Assembly: GCA_963701965.1 (NCBI GenBank)
Contig: OY969695.1
Coordinates: 2,720,001 to 2,784,000 of the forward strand
Source: an uncultured Gemmatimonadales bacterium
Lineage (GTDB): Bacteria; Gemmatimonadota; Gemmatimonadetes; Gemmatimonadales; Gemmatimonadaceae
Direction: 5' to 3'
Length of the DNA stretch: 64,000 bases
In this document: one piece after another, positions 49,299-60,751 of the stretch
How the letters are laid out: each line of letters begins with the position of its first letter
How positions within the stretch are numbered: the stretch's first letter is position 1
The notes under the pieces: generated by a model
What the model was told of the DNA's origin: nothing
Seen by the model: only the letters and a program-made list of their open reading frames with translations
Database searches by the model: none
Made by a program: the position numbers and the translations under genes

Positions 49299-50171
49299 AT
49301 GCCCCTCACCAACCTCGATCTCGACGCCGTGCGCTCCCTTGTGCTGGCGGCCGATCTCGGTGGCTACGGCCACGCCGCCACTCGTCTCGGCCGCACCCCG
49401 TCCGCCGTCAGTCTGCAAATGAAGCGGCTGCAAGAGAGCGTCGGCGCCACGCTCTTTCGCAAACTCGGCCGGAAAGTGGTCCTGACCGAAGCCGGTGAAA
49501 TCGCGCTGCGCTTCGGCCGCCGGATGCTCTTAGCCAATGACGAGCTGTTGGACACGGTACGCGGCGCGTCCCTGGTGGGCAGCGCGCGACTCGGCTTTTC
49601 CCAGGACTTCGCCGACACGGTCCTGCCGCAGGTCCTCTCGCAGTTCACGAAGCTCTATCCACTCGTGCAGCTCGAGCTGCACATCGAGGGCAACGCCGCG
49701 CTCGTCGAGGGAATCGCGAAAGGCACACTCGACGTGGCGCTCGCAGTCGGGCAAGCCGATCAGCCGACAGCGGAGGTCGTCGGCACCATGCCGCTCGTCT
49801 GGATCGCCGGCCAGGACTTCACCCCGCGGCACGACCAACCAATCCCGCTCGTCGTGCTGGGACCCCAATGCGCGTTTCGCAAACGGGCCATTCAGCTGCT
49901 GGAGCAAGCCGCACAGCCCTGGCGCATCGCCGCGGTCAGTCCCAGTCTCGCGGGACTGTGGGCCGCAGCGCTTGGCGGGTTGGGACTCACGGCGCAATGT
50001 GTGCTCGGTGTCCCCCCCGCACTCGCCGCCTCCGAGCGACTGTTCGATCTGCCATCACTCGGCACCTTCCCGATCACGCTGCACGCGTCGGGCGAGCGAC
50101 TCAGCGCCGGCGTCGAGCGATTGCGCGGGATCATCCGGGATGAGCTCGCACGGCACTATCACACGAAATGA
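49299..50171 (+). CDS. LysR-family regulator
   Basis: AATRLGRTPSAVSLQMKRL, LTEAGE. Confidence 0.93.
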   Translation: MPLTNLDLDAVRSLVLAADLGGYGHAATRLGRTPSAVSLQMKRLQESVGATLFRKLGRKVVLTEAGEIALRFGRRMLLANDELLDTVRGASLVGSARLGFSQDFADTVLPQVLSQFTKLYPLVQLELHIEGNAALVEGIAKGTLDVALAVGQADQPTAEVVGTMPLVWIAGQDFTPRHDQPIPLVVLGPQCAFRKRAIQLLEQAAQPWRIAAVSPSLAGLWAAALGGLGLTAQCVLGVPPALAASERLFDLPSLGTFPITLHASGERLSAGVERLRGIIRDELARHYHTK

Positions 50172-50180
50172 GGTGACATC

Positions 50181-51065
50181 ATGATCCAGATCGTGAACGT
50201 CGCGCAACATCCGACGGTCTATCGCACGAAGCAGATCGACGGGCTCTCCATCTTTTACCGCGAGGCCGGCCCCTCGGACGCGCCGACGCTGGTCCTGCTC
50301 CACGGCCTCCCCTCGTCGTCGCGCATGTTCGAGCCGCTCTTCGCCCGGCTGTCCGACCGCTACCACCTCATCGCGCCCGACTACCCGGGTTTCGGCCACA
50401 GCGACTGGCCGGATCCTCAGCAGTTCGCCTACACGTTCGACCACTACGCCGAGGTCATGACGCACTTCGTGGAAGCGCTCGGCGTCTCGCGATACACGCT
50501 CTACATGCAGGACTACGGCGGTCCCGTCGGGTTCCGCATGGCGCTGGCGCATCCGGACCGGATCAAGGCGCTCATCGTGCAGGATGCGGTCGCGCACAAC
50601 GAAGGGCTGGGCGCAAACTGGAAGGCGCGGCGCGCCTTCTGGGCAGACCGCGCCGCCAATGAAAGCACGCTCCGGACGAATTTGTTGTCGCTGGCCACGA
50701 CGCGCACGCGCCACGTGGGAAGCGATCCCGACGTCGAACGGTATGATCCCGATCTCTGGACCGACGAGTTTCGGTTTCTCAATCAGCCCGGCCAGGCCGA
50801 GATTCAGAGCGACCTGTTTTACGATTACCGTACCAATGTCGACGCGTACCCCAAATGGCAGGCGTGGATGCGCGAGCACCAGCCCCGCCTGCTCGTGCTC
50901 TGGGGCAAGTATGACCTCTCGTTCGAGCTCTCGGAACCCGAAGCCTATCGACGCAATGTGCCAGGGGCGCAGGTGCACGTGCTCGACGCCGGTCACTTCG
51001 CGCTGGATACGAACGCCGACGAGATCGCGGGGTTGGTCCGGGGATTTCTCGATGCGGCACCATGA
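50181..51065 (+). CDS. Alpha/beta hydrolase (epoxide hydrolase-like)
   Basis: LLHGLPSSS, QDYGG, AGHFAL. Confidence 0.92.
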   Translation: MIQIVNVAQHPTVYRTKQIDGLSIFYREAGPSDAPTLVLLHGLPSSSRMFEPLFARLSDRYHLIAPDYPGFGHSDWPDPQQFAYTFDHYAEVMTHFVEALGVSRYTLYMQDYGGPVGFRMALAHPDRIKALIVQDAVAHNEGLGANWKARRAFWADRAANESTLRTNLLSLATTRTRHVGSDPDVERYDPDLWTDEFRFLNQPGQAEIQSDLFYDYRTNVDAYPKWQAWMREHQPRLLVLWGKYDLSFELSEPEAYRRNVPGAQVHVLDAGHFALDTNADEIAGLVRGFLDAAP

Positions 51066-51367
51066 CCGACTCTCAACTCGTACTCATCAACGTGTTTACG
51101 GTCACACCCGCCGACCAGCGGCGCCTGATCGAGCTGCTCACCGAGGCCACTGAACGCTTCGTGCGCTACGCGCCGGGATTCATTTCGGCCCGCTTGCACC
51201 GTAGCCTCAATGGCACGAAGGTCACCATGTACGCCCAGTGGCGCAGCATGGACGACTACGAAGCGATGCGCGCGGATCCGGCGCCGTTGCCCTACCTGCA
51301 GCACGCGCTGGCGATCGCGACGTTCGAGCCCGGCATGTACGAAATCGTCGGCACGTTCGCGCCCTAG
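51062..51367 (+). CDS. ABM-domain (antibiotic biosynthesis monooxygenase) protein
   Basis: LINVFTV, PGFISARLHRS, YAQWRS. Confidence 0.85.
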   Translation: MTDSQLVLINVFTVTPADQRRLIELLTEATERFVRYAPGFISARLHRSLNGTKVTMYAQWRSMDDYEAMRADPAPLPYLQHALAIATFEPGMYEIVGTFAP

Positions 51368-52881
51368 GCGTCATGCTCGAGCCGCGCTGCTACGAGCAAT
51401 CCGGTCGCAATGGCGACGACGGTCGCGGCAATCGCCGCGGCATGGAGCGATCCGGTGAACGCGTTTCGCGCCGCGCTCAGGAGTTGCGGACCGGCGTCCC
51501 CCGGCAGATGCTCGGCGACAGCGACGGCGCCGCCCAGCGTGCGCCGCGCGGCCTCGGCCGAATCGGGTAGCACCGCGCCGGGGACGTGCGTCATCGCGCC
51601 GCGGTAGGCCGCGGTGCCGATGCTTCCCAGCACGGCGATCCCCAGCGCGCCGCCAAGTTCCGAGCCCGTCTCCGAGATCGCCAATGCGGCGCCGGCGCGC
51701 TCCGGTGGCGCCGCGCCGACGATCAGGTCGGTGGCCAGCGTGAAGACTGGCGCGAGGCCCAGGGAGAGGATCGTGTCTCCGACAATGACACTCACGACGC
51801 CAGACGTAACGCCGACGCGGGTCAGCACCAAGCACCCAATCCCCGCGACGACGAGTCCGAGGCTTATCAAGCGCGCGGGCGGCACCCGCTGGGCCAGGCG
51901 CGGCACGACCAGGGATCCGAAAATGAACGTCACGGCGAACGGCACGTTCACCAGGCCCGCTTGGAGCGACGACAGCCCCAGCACCAGTTGCAAGTATTGC
52001 GTGATGAGGAAGAACGGGCCGAAGGCGATGAACGTCCCCATCGTGTACGCCGCGAGCGCGGTGCTGAACGAGCGGTCGCGGAAGAGCGCGAGATCGAGCA
52101 GGGGATCGCGGAGCACACGCTGCCGGGCAATGAACACCGCGCCCAGGAGCGCACCGGCGATCACGGCGACCGCGGCGCGTCCGTCGACGTCACCCTGCGC
52201 GGCGCGCTTGATGCCGTAGATCACGAGCAGCACGGCCGCGAGCGACAGCGCGGCGCTCGGGACATCGATCCGGCGGGCGGCCGGGTCCCGATACTCCGGC
52301 AGCAGTGCCGGACCGACGGCGAGCAAGACCAGCATGACGGGGACGCCGATCAGGAACACGGAGCCCCACCAGAAATGGTCGAGCAGCATGCCGCCCAAGA
52401 TCGGGCCAATCACGCCGCCAACCGAATAGCTCGTGATCCACACGCCGATCGCGAACCGGCGCTCGTCCGGGTCGGCGAACATGTTGCGGATCAAGGACAG
52501 CGTCAATGGCGCCAACGTCGCCCCGGCGACGCCCAAGATCGCGCGGGCGGCGATCAGCATCCCGGCGCTGCGGGCGAACGCGGCGAACACCGACGCCAGG
52601 CCGAACGCCGCGGCACCGATCAAGAGCAGGCGCCGGCGTCCGATACGGTCGCCCAGCGTTCCCATCGGCACCAGGAATCCGGCGAGCACAAACCCGTAGA
52701 TGTCCACGATCCAGAGCAGCTGCGCGCTCGTGGGCCGCAGGTCGGCGCTCAAGCTGGGCACCGCCAGATTCAATACGGTCAGGTCCATCGCGTAGAGGAG
52801 ACACGGGAGGGCGATGACGCCCAACCCGATCCACTCCCGCCGGCCCGCCCGCACCCCGATCCCCGTGGTCTCGACCTGCAT
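51364..52881 (-). CDS. DHA2-family MFS efflux transporter
   Basis: MDLTVLNLAVP, LGDRIGRRR, ~14 TM segments. Confidence 0.92.
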   Translation of the reverse strand: MQVETTGIGVRAGRREWIGLGVIALPCLLYAMDLTVLNLAVPSLSADLRPTSAQLLWIVDIYGFVLAGFLVPMGTLGDRIGRRRLLLIGAAAFGLASVFAAFARSAGMLIAARAILGVAGATLAPLTLSLIRNMFADPDERRFAIGVWITSYSVGGVIGPILGGMLLDHFWWGSVFLIGVPVMLVLLAVGPALLPEYRDPAARRIDVPSAALSLAAVLLVIYGIKRAAQGDVDGRAAVAVIAGALLGAVFIARQRVLRDPLLDLALFRDRSFSTALAAYTMGTFIAFGPFFLITQYLQLVLGLSSLQAGLVNVPFAVTFIFGSLVVPRLAQRVPPARLISLGLVVAGIGCLVLTRVGVTSGVVSVIVGDTILSLGLAPVFTLATDLIVGAAPPERAGAALAISETGSELGGALGIAVLGSIGTAAYRGAMTHVPGAVLPDSAEAARRTLGGAVAVAEHLPGDAGPQLLSAARNAFTGSLHAAAIAATVVAIATGLLVAARLEHDA

Positions 52882-52955
52882 GATAGAGAGTGCACCGGGT
52901 GCGGCGGCCCCCGCCACCCCATCGAGGAACCGCGCCCGGCGAAGCATATTTCCGC

Positions 52956-55412
52956 GTGATCCTCGCGCTCGCGGCGCTCGCCGCCTTGCTCGCCGCCCCG
53001 CCGCAACCGCGCGTTCGAGTCTCGCTCGATGATGCCTGGCGATACGCGGCTGGGACCAACACGGGCGCCGAAGCGCCGGCGTTCGACGACAGCCAGTGGC
53101 AGTCCGTGACACTGCCCCACACGTGGAACGCGAAAGACGCGCTCCAAGAGAGCGAAGCGTATCGGCGCGGCGTCGGGTGGTATCGCCGGCACCTCACGGT
53201 GGAACGCGCGTTGGCCGGCCGGCGGTTGTTCCTGTGCTTCGAAGGCGCGAACCAGGAGACGATAGTCTATGTGAACGGCGTGCGCGCCGGCGCGCACAAT
53301 GGCGGATACACCGCATTCACCATCGAGATCACGGATCTCGTCCGGCTCGACGCCCCCAACGTCATCGCCGTGCGCGTGGACAACGCGGCCAACCCCGACA
53401 TCCCGCCGCTCAACGCCGACTTCACGTTCTACGGCGGCATCTATCGCGACGTGTGGCTCGTGGCCACCGCCCCGGTCCACATCGACATGATGGACCACGC
53501 GTCGCCCGGCGTGTACGTCGACACGCCGTCGATCTCCGATACACAAGCGACCGTCCGCGTGCGCGGCACCGTGGTCGATCAGTCACCCGCGGGCGGTGCC
53601 GTGCGGATCGCGACGCGCCTCCTCGATCCCCACGGCCGCGAAGTGCTGCGCCTGGACACGACACTCACGGTCGGCGCCGGCGCGTCCGCCCCGTTCGCGC
53701 AGATGACACCGGCGATCCCGCATCCCACCCTCTGGTCGCCGGAGACCCCGGCGCGGTATCACCTCGTCGTGGAAGTCAGCCAAGGTCGACGCGTCGTGGA
53801 TAGGGTCACCGTGCCACTCGGCTTCCGGTGGTTCGCGATCGACGCCCAGCGCGGATTCGCGCTCAACGGACACCCCTACCGGTTGTACGGCGCGGCGCGC
53901 CATCAGGACGAGGGCGGTTTCGGCAACGCGCTGACCGCGACGATGCAGCGGTCGGACATGCGCTTGATCAAAGAGACCGGATTCAACTTCGTGCGCCTCG
54001 CCCATTATCCCCAGGCGCCCGTTGTGCTCGACGCCGCCGACAGCCTCGGGCTCATCGTGTGGGAGGAGATCCCGATCGTCAACGGGATCTCGCCCTCGTC
54101 CGCGTTCGCCGCCAACGCCGAGCGGATGCTCGTGGAGATGATCCGGCAGCACTACGATCATCCCGCGATCGCGTTCTGGGGTTACATGAACGAAGTCGAT
54201 GACCCCGCGCACGCGAGCCAAGTGCTGGCCCTGGCCAAGACGCTCGACCACCGGGCCCACCTCGAGGACTCCCACCGCGCGACCGGGATGGCCATCACGT
54301 GGAGGATGGTGAACGCCTACACCGGCCTCGCCAATGTCCCCGACGTCACCGGCCTCAATCTCTACTTCGGCTGGTACTACGAAACCCCCTATGCCCTCGC
54401 CAGCGTCCTCGACACCTTCCATGGCCAGCATCCCGCCCGGCCGGTCGTGGTTACCGAGTACGGCGCCGGCGGCGACGAGCGAATACATTCGTTCGCACCC
54501 GTCCGGTTCGATTTCAGCGCCGAATATGAGCAGCGGTGCCACGAGATCACCTTCCCGATCATTCAGGCGCGGCCCTGGTTGATCGGCAGCACCGTATGGG
54601 CAATGTTCGACTTCAGCTCCAAAACGCGCGAGGATAGCCGGGAGAACGTGAACAACAAGGGCCTGTTCACTTTCGAGCACGCGCCTAAGGACGTCGCCTC
54701 GTACTATCGGGCCATGCTCGCCCCGCGGCCGGTGCTCGCCATCGCGTCGCGCGGCTGGCGCCATCGCGGCGGCCCCGTCGTCCAGCCCGTCACCGTGTAC
54801 TCCAACCGCGACTCCGCCGAGCTCTTTGTCGACGAGACGTCGCTGGGCTGGCGCCACTTCCGGAATGCGACGGCCCGCTGGTCCGTGCCCCTGCACGCCG
54901 GCACGAACCGCCTGCGCGCCGTGAGCGGCGCGTTCGTCGATACGGTCACCGTGGGCTTCGAGTCCGTCAATGAAGACCCGGCCGTCAGCGCCGGGAACTA
55001 CCAGTATACCGACGCCGAGGGCATCCTGTGGGATGCCGATCAGGGCTACATGGGCGGCGCGATCCACGAGAGCCATCATCGCATCGCCGGCACCGACGAC
55101 AATGGACTTTACCAGACCACGCGCGAAGGATCCGACGGCTATCGATTCGCGGTACCCGACGGCACGTATACGGTCGATCTCCGGTTCGCGGAGACCGATA
55201 CGAACCCGCGCGTGTTCGACGTCCTCGTGAATGACGGGCTGGTGTTCGACCATCTCGACCTGGCCACACAGTTTGGACGCTATCGCGCCGTCCGCCGGCG
55301 CGTCACCACCACCGCGCGGGGCGGCCACGGCGTCGTCGTACGCCTCGTCGCCCACGTCGGCGCTACCACGATCAGCGGCATCCGCATCGCACCCACACCC
55401 CCCACGGAGTAG
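52956..55412 (+). CDS. GH2 glycoside hydrolase with C-terminal malectin-like domain
   Basis: LPHTWN, YGGIYRDV, RHQD, RLAHYP, MNE, TEYG; LRFAE...RVFDV. Confidence 0.92.
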   Translation: MILALAALAALLAAPPQPRVRVSLDDAWRYAAGTNTGAEAPAFDDSQWQSVTLPHTWNAKDALQESEAYRRGVGWYRRHLTVERALAGRRLFLCFEGANQETIVYVNGVRAGAHNGGYTAFTIEITDLVRLDAPNVIAVRVDNAANPDIPPLNADFTFYGGIYRDVWLVATAPVHIDMMDHASPGVYVDTPSISDTQATVRVRGTVVDQSPAGGAVRIATRLLDPHGREVLRLDTTLTVGAGASAPFAQMTPAIPHPTLWSPETPARYHLVVEVSQGRRVVDRVTVPLGFRWFAIDAQRGFALNGHPYRLYGAARHQDEGGFGNALTATMQRSDMRLIKETGFNFVRLAHYPQAPVVLDAADSLGLIVWEEIPIVNGISPSSAFAANAERMLVEMIRQHYDHPAIAFWGYMNEVDDPAHASQVLALAKTLDHRAHLEDSHRATGMAITWRMVNAYTGLANVPDVTGLNLYFGWYYETPYALASVLDTFHGQHPARPVVVTEYGAGGDERIHSFAPVRFDFSAEYEQRCHEITFPIIQARPWLIGSTVWAMFDFSSKTREDSRENVNNKGLFTFEHAPKDVASYYRAMLAPRPVLAIASRGWRHRGGPVVQPVTVYSNRDSAELFVDETSLGWRHFRNATARWSVPLHAGTNRLRAVSGAFVDTVTVGFESVNEDPAVSAGNYQYTDAEGILWDADQGYMGGAIHESHHRIAGTDDNGLYQTTREGSDGYRFAVPDGTYTVDLRFAETDTNPRVFDVLVNDGLVFDHLDLATQFGRYRAVRRRVTTTARGGHGVVVRLVAHVGATTISGIRIAPTPPTE

Positions 55413-55419
55413 ATCGCGT

Positions 55420-57483
55420 ATGCGACTCAGGATCATGTTCGCGCTCTTGCTTGGAGCCACGGCCGGCGCACAAACGTCCCGGCGCAGCATCACGTCCGCG
55501 GATCTCCTGCGCTTTCAGTGGGTGGCCGACCCGCGCATCTCGCCGGACGGCGCCCAGGTCGCCTATACCCTGGTCACGGTGAACGAGAAGAAGGACAAGT
55601 ACGAGACCAGCGTGTGGGTCGTCGCCGCCGACGGTCACGGCGCGCCCCGGCGCATCGCTGAGGGACCGCGCGACCAGGCGCCGCGTTGGGCCCCGGACGG
55701 CAAGACGATCGCGTTCCTGCGCGGCACCAGCGACACCGGGGCCGCCGAGCTCTACGTGACGCCGCCGCAACCCGGCAAAGCGCGGCAACTCACCCATCTG
55801 CCCAAGAGCGTGTCGGCCGCCGTGTGGTCTCCCGACGGGCGGACCATCGCGTTCACGAGCACCACCCTGCCGGGGGATACGGTACACGGCAAACCAAAGA
55901 AGAGCGACGTGCACGTCACCACGCGCGCCGTGTATCGGGACAACGACGAAGGCTGGCTCGACGATACGCGACACAACCATATCTTCGTCATCGACGTCGC
56001 GGGTAACGGCGCGCCGCGCCAGCTGACCGACGGCGAGTTCGATGAGAACGGGCTCGTTTGGAGCGGTGACGGGTCGCGCATCGTGTTCACGTCCGATCGC
56101 GTCCCAGAGCCGTACTACGAGAACCCCGATGACGACGCCTATACCGTGCCCGCCGCCGGCGGCGCCATGCAGAAATTGATCGACACCGACGGGCCGATCC
56201 AGGGCGTCACGCCATCGCCCGACGGCCACGCGTTCGCCTTCACGGGATCGATCAACCCGCCGCACCGGCAGTCGTACACGCAGAACGCGGTGTTCGTGTT
56301 TCGCGACAACGCGGTCCAGCAACTCACCACCGGCGGCGACGCCGAGATCGGCAGCAGCGTCACCGGCGACCAGCATCCGCCGCGCGCCGGATCGGGCGAG
56401 AGCCCGCTGGTGTGGTCGGCCAATGGCCAGAGCGTCATCATCGCGAACACGGTCCACGGTGTGTCGAACCTGGTGCGCATCAATCTCGCCTCGCACGCGA
56501 TCGATCCCGTGACCACGGGCGCCCACGACATCATTGGATACAGCGCCACGCCGGGCGGGACGCGGTTCGCCCTCACCATCAGCGACGTCACGCATTTGGG
56601 CGAGCTCTATGCGTTCGACCCCGCGACGAAGGCGCTCACGCAGCTCACGCACGTCAACGACCCCCTCTGGTCCGAGCTCAAGTTCGGACCGACGGAGAAG
56701 ATCACGTACAAGAGCTTCGACGGGACGCCCATCGAGGCGTGGGTCGTGAAACCGCCCGATTTCGATCCAGGAAAGAAGTATCCGCTGATCCTGAACATCC
56801 ATGGCGGTCCGCACGCCGCCTACGGCGAAACGTTCTTCCACGAGTTCCAGGTCATGGCCGCGCGCGGCTACGTGGTCCTCGCGCCCAACCCACGCGGCAG
56901 CACCACGTACGGTGAGCAATTCGGGAACGTGATCCAATATCACTATCCCGGCGACGACTACAAGGACCTCATGGTCGGCGTCGACACGCTCCTCGCCCGC
57001 GGCTACATCGATGAGAAACGACTTGGCGTCACGGGCGGCAGCGGCGGCGGCCTCCTCACCAATTGGACGGTGACGCAGACCCACCGGTTCGCCGCCGCCG
57101 CATCGCAGCGGTCGATTGCCGACTGGGCCGCGTGGTGGTATACGGCGGACTTCACGTTGTTCACGCCGAGCTGGTTCAAGGCGCCGCCGTTCAAGGATCC
57201 GCAGGACTACGCCAGTCGCTCGCCGATCACGTACGTCGAGCAAGTCACGACGCCACTCATGCTGATCGAAGGCGAAGCCGACTCCCGCACGCCGTCCGGA
57301 TCGGGCGGCATGACAATGTTCCGCGCCCTCAAGATGCTCCACAAGACGACCGAGATGGTCGTGTTCCCGGGGGAGACCCACGAGCTCTCCCGCTCCGGCA
57401 AACCGTCGCACCGGATCGAGCGCATCGACCAGATCAATGGCTGGTTCGACAAATACCTCACGGGTTCCGCGAGTACGAGCTGA
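55420..57483 (+). CDS. S9C acylaminoacyl peptidase
   Basis: IHGGP, NPRGS, GGSGGG, FPGETH. Confidence 0.93.
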   Translation: MRLRIMFALLLGATAGAQTSRRSITSADLLRFQWVADPRISPDGAQVAYTLVTVNEKKDKYETSVWVVAADGHGAPRRIAEGPRDQAPRWAPDGKTIAFLRGTSDTGAAELYVTPPQPGKARQLTHLPKSVSAAVWSPDGRTIAFTSTTLPGDTVHGKPKKSDVHVTTRAVYRDNDEGWLDDTRHNHIFVIDVAGNGAPRQLTDGEFDENGLVWSGDGSRIVFTSDRVPEPYYENPDDDAYTVPAAGGAMQKLIDTDGPIQGVTPSPDGHAFAFTGSINPPHRQSYTQNAVFVFRDNAVQQLTTGGDAEIGSSVTGDQHPPRAGSGESPLVWSANGQSVIIANTVHGVSNLVRINLASHAIDPVTTGAHDIIGYSATPGGTRFALTISDVTHLGELYAFDPATKALTQLTHVNDPLWSELKFGPTEKITYKSFDGTPIEAWVVKPPDFDPGKKYPLILNIHGGPHAAYGETFFHEFQVMAARGYVVLAPNPRGSTTYGEQFGNVIQYHYPGDDYKDLMVGVDTLLARGYIDEKRLGVTGGSGGGLLTNWTVTQTHRFAAAASQRSIADWAAWWYTADFTLFTPSWFKAPPFKDPQDYASRSPITYVEQVTTPLMLIEGEADSRTPSGSGGMTMFRALKMLHKTTEMVVFPGETHELSRSGKPSHRIERIDQINGWFDKYLTGSASTS

Positions 57484-59148
57484 TGGGTACCTTCCGGGCC
57501 ATGCGCACTTCGTTTGCCGGACTCGGCCTGCTGCTGTTCTCGGCGGCAGGGCTCAATGCGCAGACCGCCGGCCGCTCGCCGGTCTACGCGCCCCATGGGG
57601 TCATCGCGACCAGCCAACCGCTCGCCAGCGCTGCCGGGCTGGCGGTCCTGGAACGCGGTGGGAACGCGTTCAATGCCGCCGTCACCGCGGCGGCCGTCCT
57701 CGGTTTCGTCGAGCCGATGATGACGGGACCGGGCGGCGACATGTTCGCGCTGTTCTGGTCGGCCAAAGACCACAAGCTCGTGGGGCTCAACGCCAGTGGA
57801 CGCGCGGGCGCGCTCATGACGCGCGAGACGCTGGCGGCCCGCGGCCGCACCGCGGTGCCCCTCGAGGGCGCGGAGTCGATCATCGTGCCGGGCGCGGTCG
57901 CCGGCTGGCAGACGCTGCTCCAGAAGTACGGCACCATCTCGCTCGCGCAAGCGCTCAAGCCGGCGATCGCGCTCGCCGACAGCGGATTCCCCGTGTCGCC
58001 GATCATCGGTCGCGATTGGCGGGCCGCGGCGGAGCTGCTCAAGCAAAATGAAGGGGCCGAGCAGACCTTTCTGATCGACGGCGTGCGCACGCCGAACACG
58101 GGCGAGTGGTTCCGGAATCCCGACTACGCCAAATCACTGCGCGCGATCGCCACGGGTGGTCCGGCCGTGCTCTATGGCGGTGAGCTCGGACAGAAGATCG
58201 TGAAGCGGGTGCACGAGCTGGGCGGGTTCCTCACGCCGGCGGATCTCACCACCATCCACCCGACATGGGTCGAGCCCATCTCGGTCCCGTTCAAGGGACT
58301 CCGGGTCTGGGAGCTGCCGCCCAACAACCAAGGCGTGGCCGCGCTCGGAGATGCTCCGCATCCTGGAGCCGTACGATCTCAAATCACTCGGCTACAACTC
58401 GGCGGCCTATATCCATCGGCTCGTCGAGGCCAAGAAGCTCGCGTTCGCCGACCTCGCCCAGTACATCGGCGAGCCGGACGCCATGACCATCAAGGCGACC
58501 AGCCTCCTCTCCGACGACTTCATCGCCCGGCGGCGCGCCGCGCTCGATACCACCACCGCGTCGGATCAAGTCGATCCCGGCACGCCGGCGACGGCGAGTG
58601 AGACGATCTACCTCACGGTTGCCGACAAGGACGGCAACATGGTCTCGTTCATCAACAGCCTGTACTCGGAGTTCGGCTCGGGCGTCGTCGTGCCGGGCAC
58701 CGGGTTCGCGCTCGAAGATCGGGGAGCGGGATTCACCATGAAACCGGGGCTGGCCAACACCGTGGGGCCCGGCAAGCGGCCCTTGCACACGCTCATCCCC
58801 GCGTTCGTGACGAAGGACGACCAACCCTATATGAGCTTTGGCGTCATGGGCGGCGCAATGCAGCCGCAAGGGCATGTCCAGGTGCTGCTCAATCTGCTGG
58901 TCTTCGACATGGACCTGCAGTCGGCGATCAATGCGCCGCGCTGGCGGCATTACGACGGGCGGCGCCTCGGCCTCGAAGCGGCGATTCCCGATTCGGTGCG
59001 CAGGGCGCTGGAGGCGATGGGCCACACGATCATCGCGCAAGACAAAGTCATCGGCGCCTTCGGCGGCGGGCAGGCCATCCGCCGTCTGCCGCGGGGATGG
59101 GAAGCGGCATCCGATCCGCGGAAAGACGGCGAGGCCGTGGGCTACTGA
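57483..59148 (+). CDS. ggt: Gamma-glutamyltransferase (+1 frameshift near 58348)
   Basis: GGNAF, GPGGDMF, ELPPNNQG; then ETIYL (Thr nucleophile), KRPLHT, GGAMQPQG, DPRKDG. Confidence 0.9.
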
Positions 59149-60044
59149 TGCGGTCCGTTCGGATCATCGGCGTCCCGCTCGACCTGGGCCAGAGCCGCCG
59201 CGGCGTCGATATGGGCCCGTCGGCGCTGCGCATCGCGCGGATCGCCGAGCGCATGCAGGCGATCGGCTATGACGTCGAGGATCGCGGCAACGTGACCGTC
59301 GGCCAGCGCGAGCATCTCGGCGCCAATGACGCGTACGCGGCGATCGCCAATGTCTGCCGCGCGCTGGCGCTCATGACCGCGGAAGCGGTCCGCGCGGGCG
59401 CCAGCCCGCTGGTGTTGGGCGGCGACCACTCGCTGTCAATGGGATCCATCGCCGGTGTGGCCACGGCGCTGGCCGAACGGAACGAGAAGCTGGGCGTGAT
59501 TTGGCTCGACGCGCATGGCGACATCAACACGCCGGAGACGAGCGCGAGTGGCAACATCCATGGGATGCCCGTCGCGCACGTGCTCGGTCTGGGCGACGAG
59601 CGGCTCTCCCACATCGCGCAGCCCAGTCCCGCGGTCGCGGTCGAGAATTTCGTGATGGTGGGCTTGAGAGACCTCGATCCCCCCGAGCGGGCGACGATCG
59701 GCCGGCTCGGGATGACCGTCTACACGATGCGCGACATCAATGAGCGCGGGCTGGCCACGATCATGGCCGAGGCGATCCACGTCGCGAGTCGCGGGACTGG
59801 CGGGATCCACGTGTCGTGCGATCCGGACTGGATCGATCCCATCGAGGCGCCCGGGGTGGGGACGCCGGTGCGCGGCGGCGCCACGTTCCGCGAGGCCCAT
59901 TTGGCGTTGGAGCTGATCGCGGATTCTGGCCGACTGGTCTCGATGGATCTGGTCGAGATCAATCCCGTGCTCGACGATCGGAACCGCACCGCCTCGCTCG
60001 CGGTCGATCTGATCGTGAGCGCCTACGGGAAGCGCATTTTGTAA
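59148..60044 (+). CDS. rocF: Arginase
   Basis: RGVDMGP, GGDHS, DAHGDINTP, SGNIHGM, DxD, PGVGTP, VEINP. Confidence 0.93.
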   Translation: MRSVRIIGVPLDLGQSRRGVDMGPSALRIARIAERMQAIGYDVEDRGNVTVGQREHLGANDAYAAIANVCRALALMTAEAVRAGASPLVLGGDHSLSMGSIAGVATALAERNEKLGVIWLDAHGDINTPETSASGNIHGMPVAHVLGLGDERLSHIAQPSPAVAVENFVMVGLRDLDPPERATIGRLGMTVYTMRDINERGLATIMAEAIHVASRGTGGIHVSCDPDWIDPIEAPGVGTPVRGGATFREAHLALELIADSGRLVSMDLVEINPVLDDRNRTASLAVDLIVSAYGKRIL

Positions 60045-60059
60045 GAACGCGAGCGTGCG

Positions 60060-60743
60060 TCAAGCGCGACGACGGCGCTTGGTGGCGTCCCAAAGGCGAA
60101 ACCCGCCCAGGAAGGCGTTGTCGTTGCTCCCCAGCACGGTGTTCGGCGGCAGGTTGCCGAGGAGCGCGGCGTTACCGCCGCCGAGTACGACGTACTCCGC
60201 GGCCAGCGCCTCGGCCAGGTGCCGGATGATGTCGCGCGCATGGTTGCGCCACTTCTTTTTCCCCGATTGCGCGAGACCCGCGGCGCCAACGTAGCTCTCG
60301 TACGAGCGCCCTTTCTTGTAAGTCAGGTGCGCGATTTCCATGGCATCGGGGACTCCGTTGGCCACCACCGCGCAGCCAAGGCCTGTTCCGAATCCCAGGA
60401 ACAGCATCCGACCACCCTTGTAGCTACCCAGGGCTTGCATGGCGGCGTCGTTGATGACCCGCACGGGACAATCGAACGCCTTCTCGAAGTCGAATCCCAC
60501 CCAACCGGCACCGATGTTCACGGGATCGCAGATGGCCCGCCCGCCGTAGACGAAGCCGGGATAGCCGACCGAGACGACGTCATAGTCCCAGTCGGCGGTG
60601 GCGTGCTTCACCGCTTTGACCATCCGCTGGGGTGTCATGCCAGGGCCAGACGGAATCTTCACCCGCTCGTCCCGTCCCGTGGCCAACACCTTCACATTCG
60701 TCCCGCCGACATCGATAACCAGGATTTTCGAGGGTTCGTTCAT
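60060..60743 (-). CDS. ROK-family kinase (second ppgK-like paralogue)
   Basis: DVGGTNVK, NDAAMQA, GFGTGLG, GGGN. Confidence 0.9.
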   Translation of the reverse strand: MNEPSKILVIDVGGTNVKVLATGRDERVKIPSGPGMTPQRMVKAVKHATADWDYDVVSVGYPGFVYGGRAICDPVNIGAGWVGFDFEKAFDCPVRVINDAAMQALGSYKGGRMLFLGFGTGLGCAVVANGVPDAMEIAHLTYKKGRSYESYVGAAGLAQSGKKKWRNHARDIIRHLAEALAAEYVVLGGGNAALLGNLPPNTVLGSNDNAFLGGFRLWDATKRRRRA

Positions 60744-60751
60744 TGTCCGAG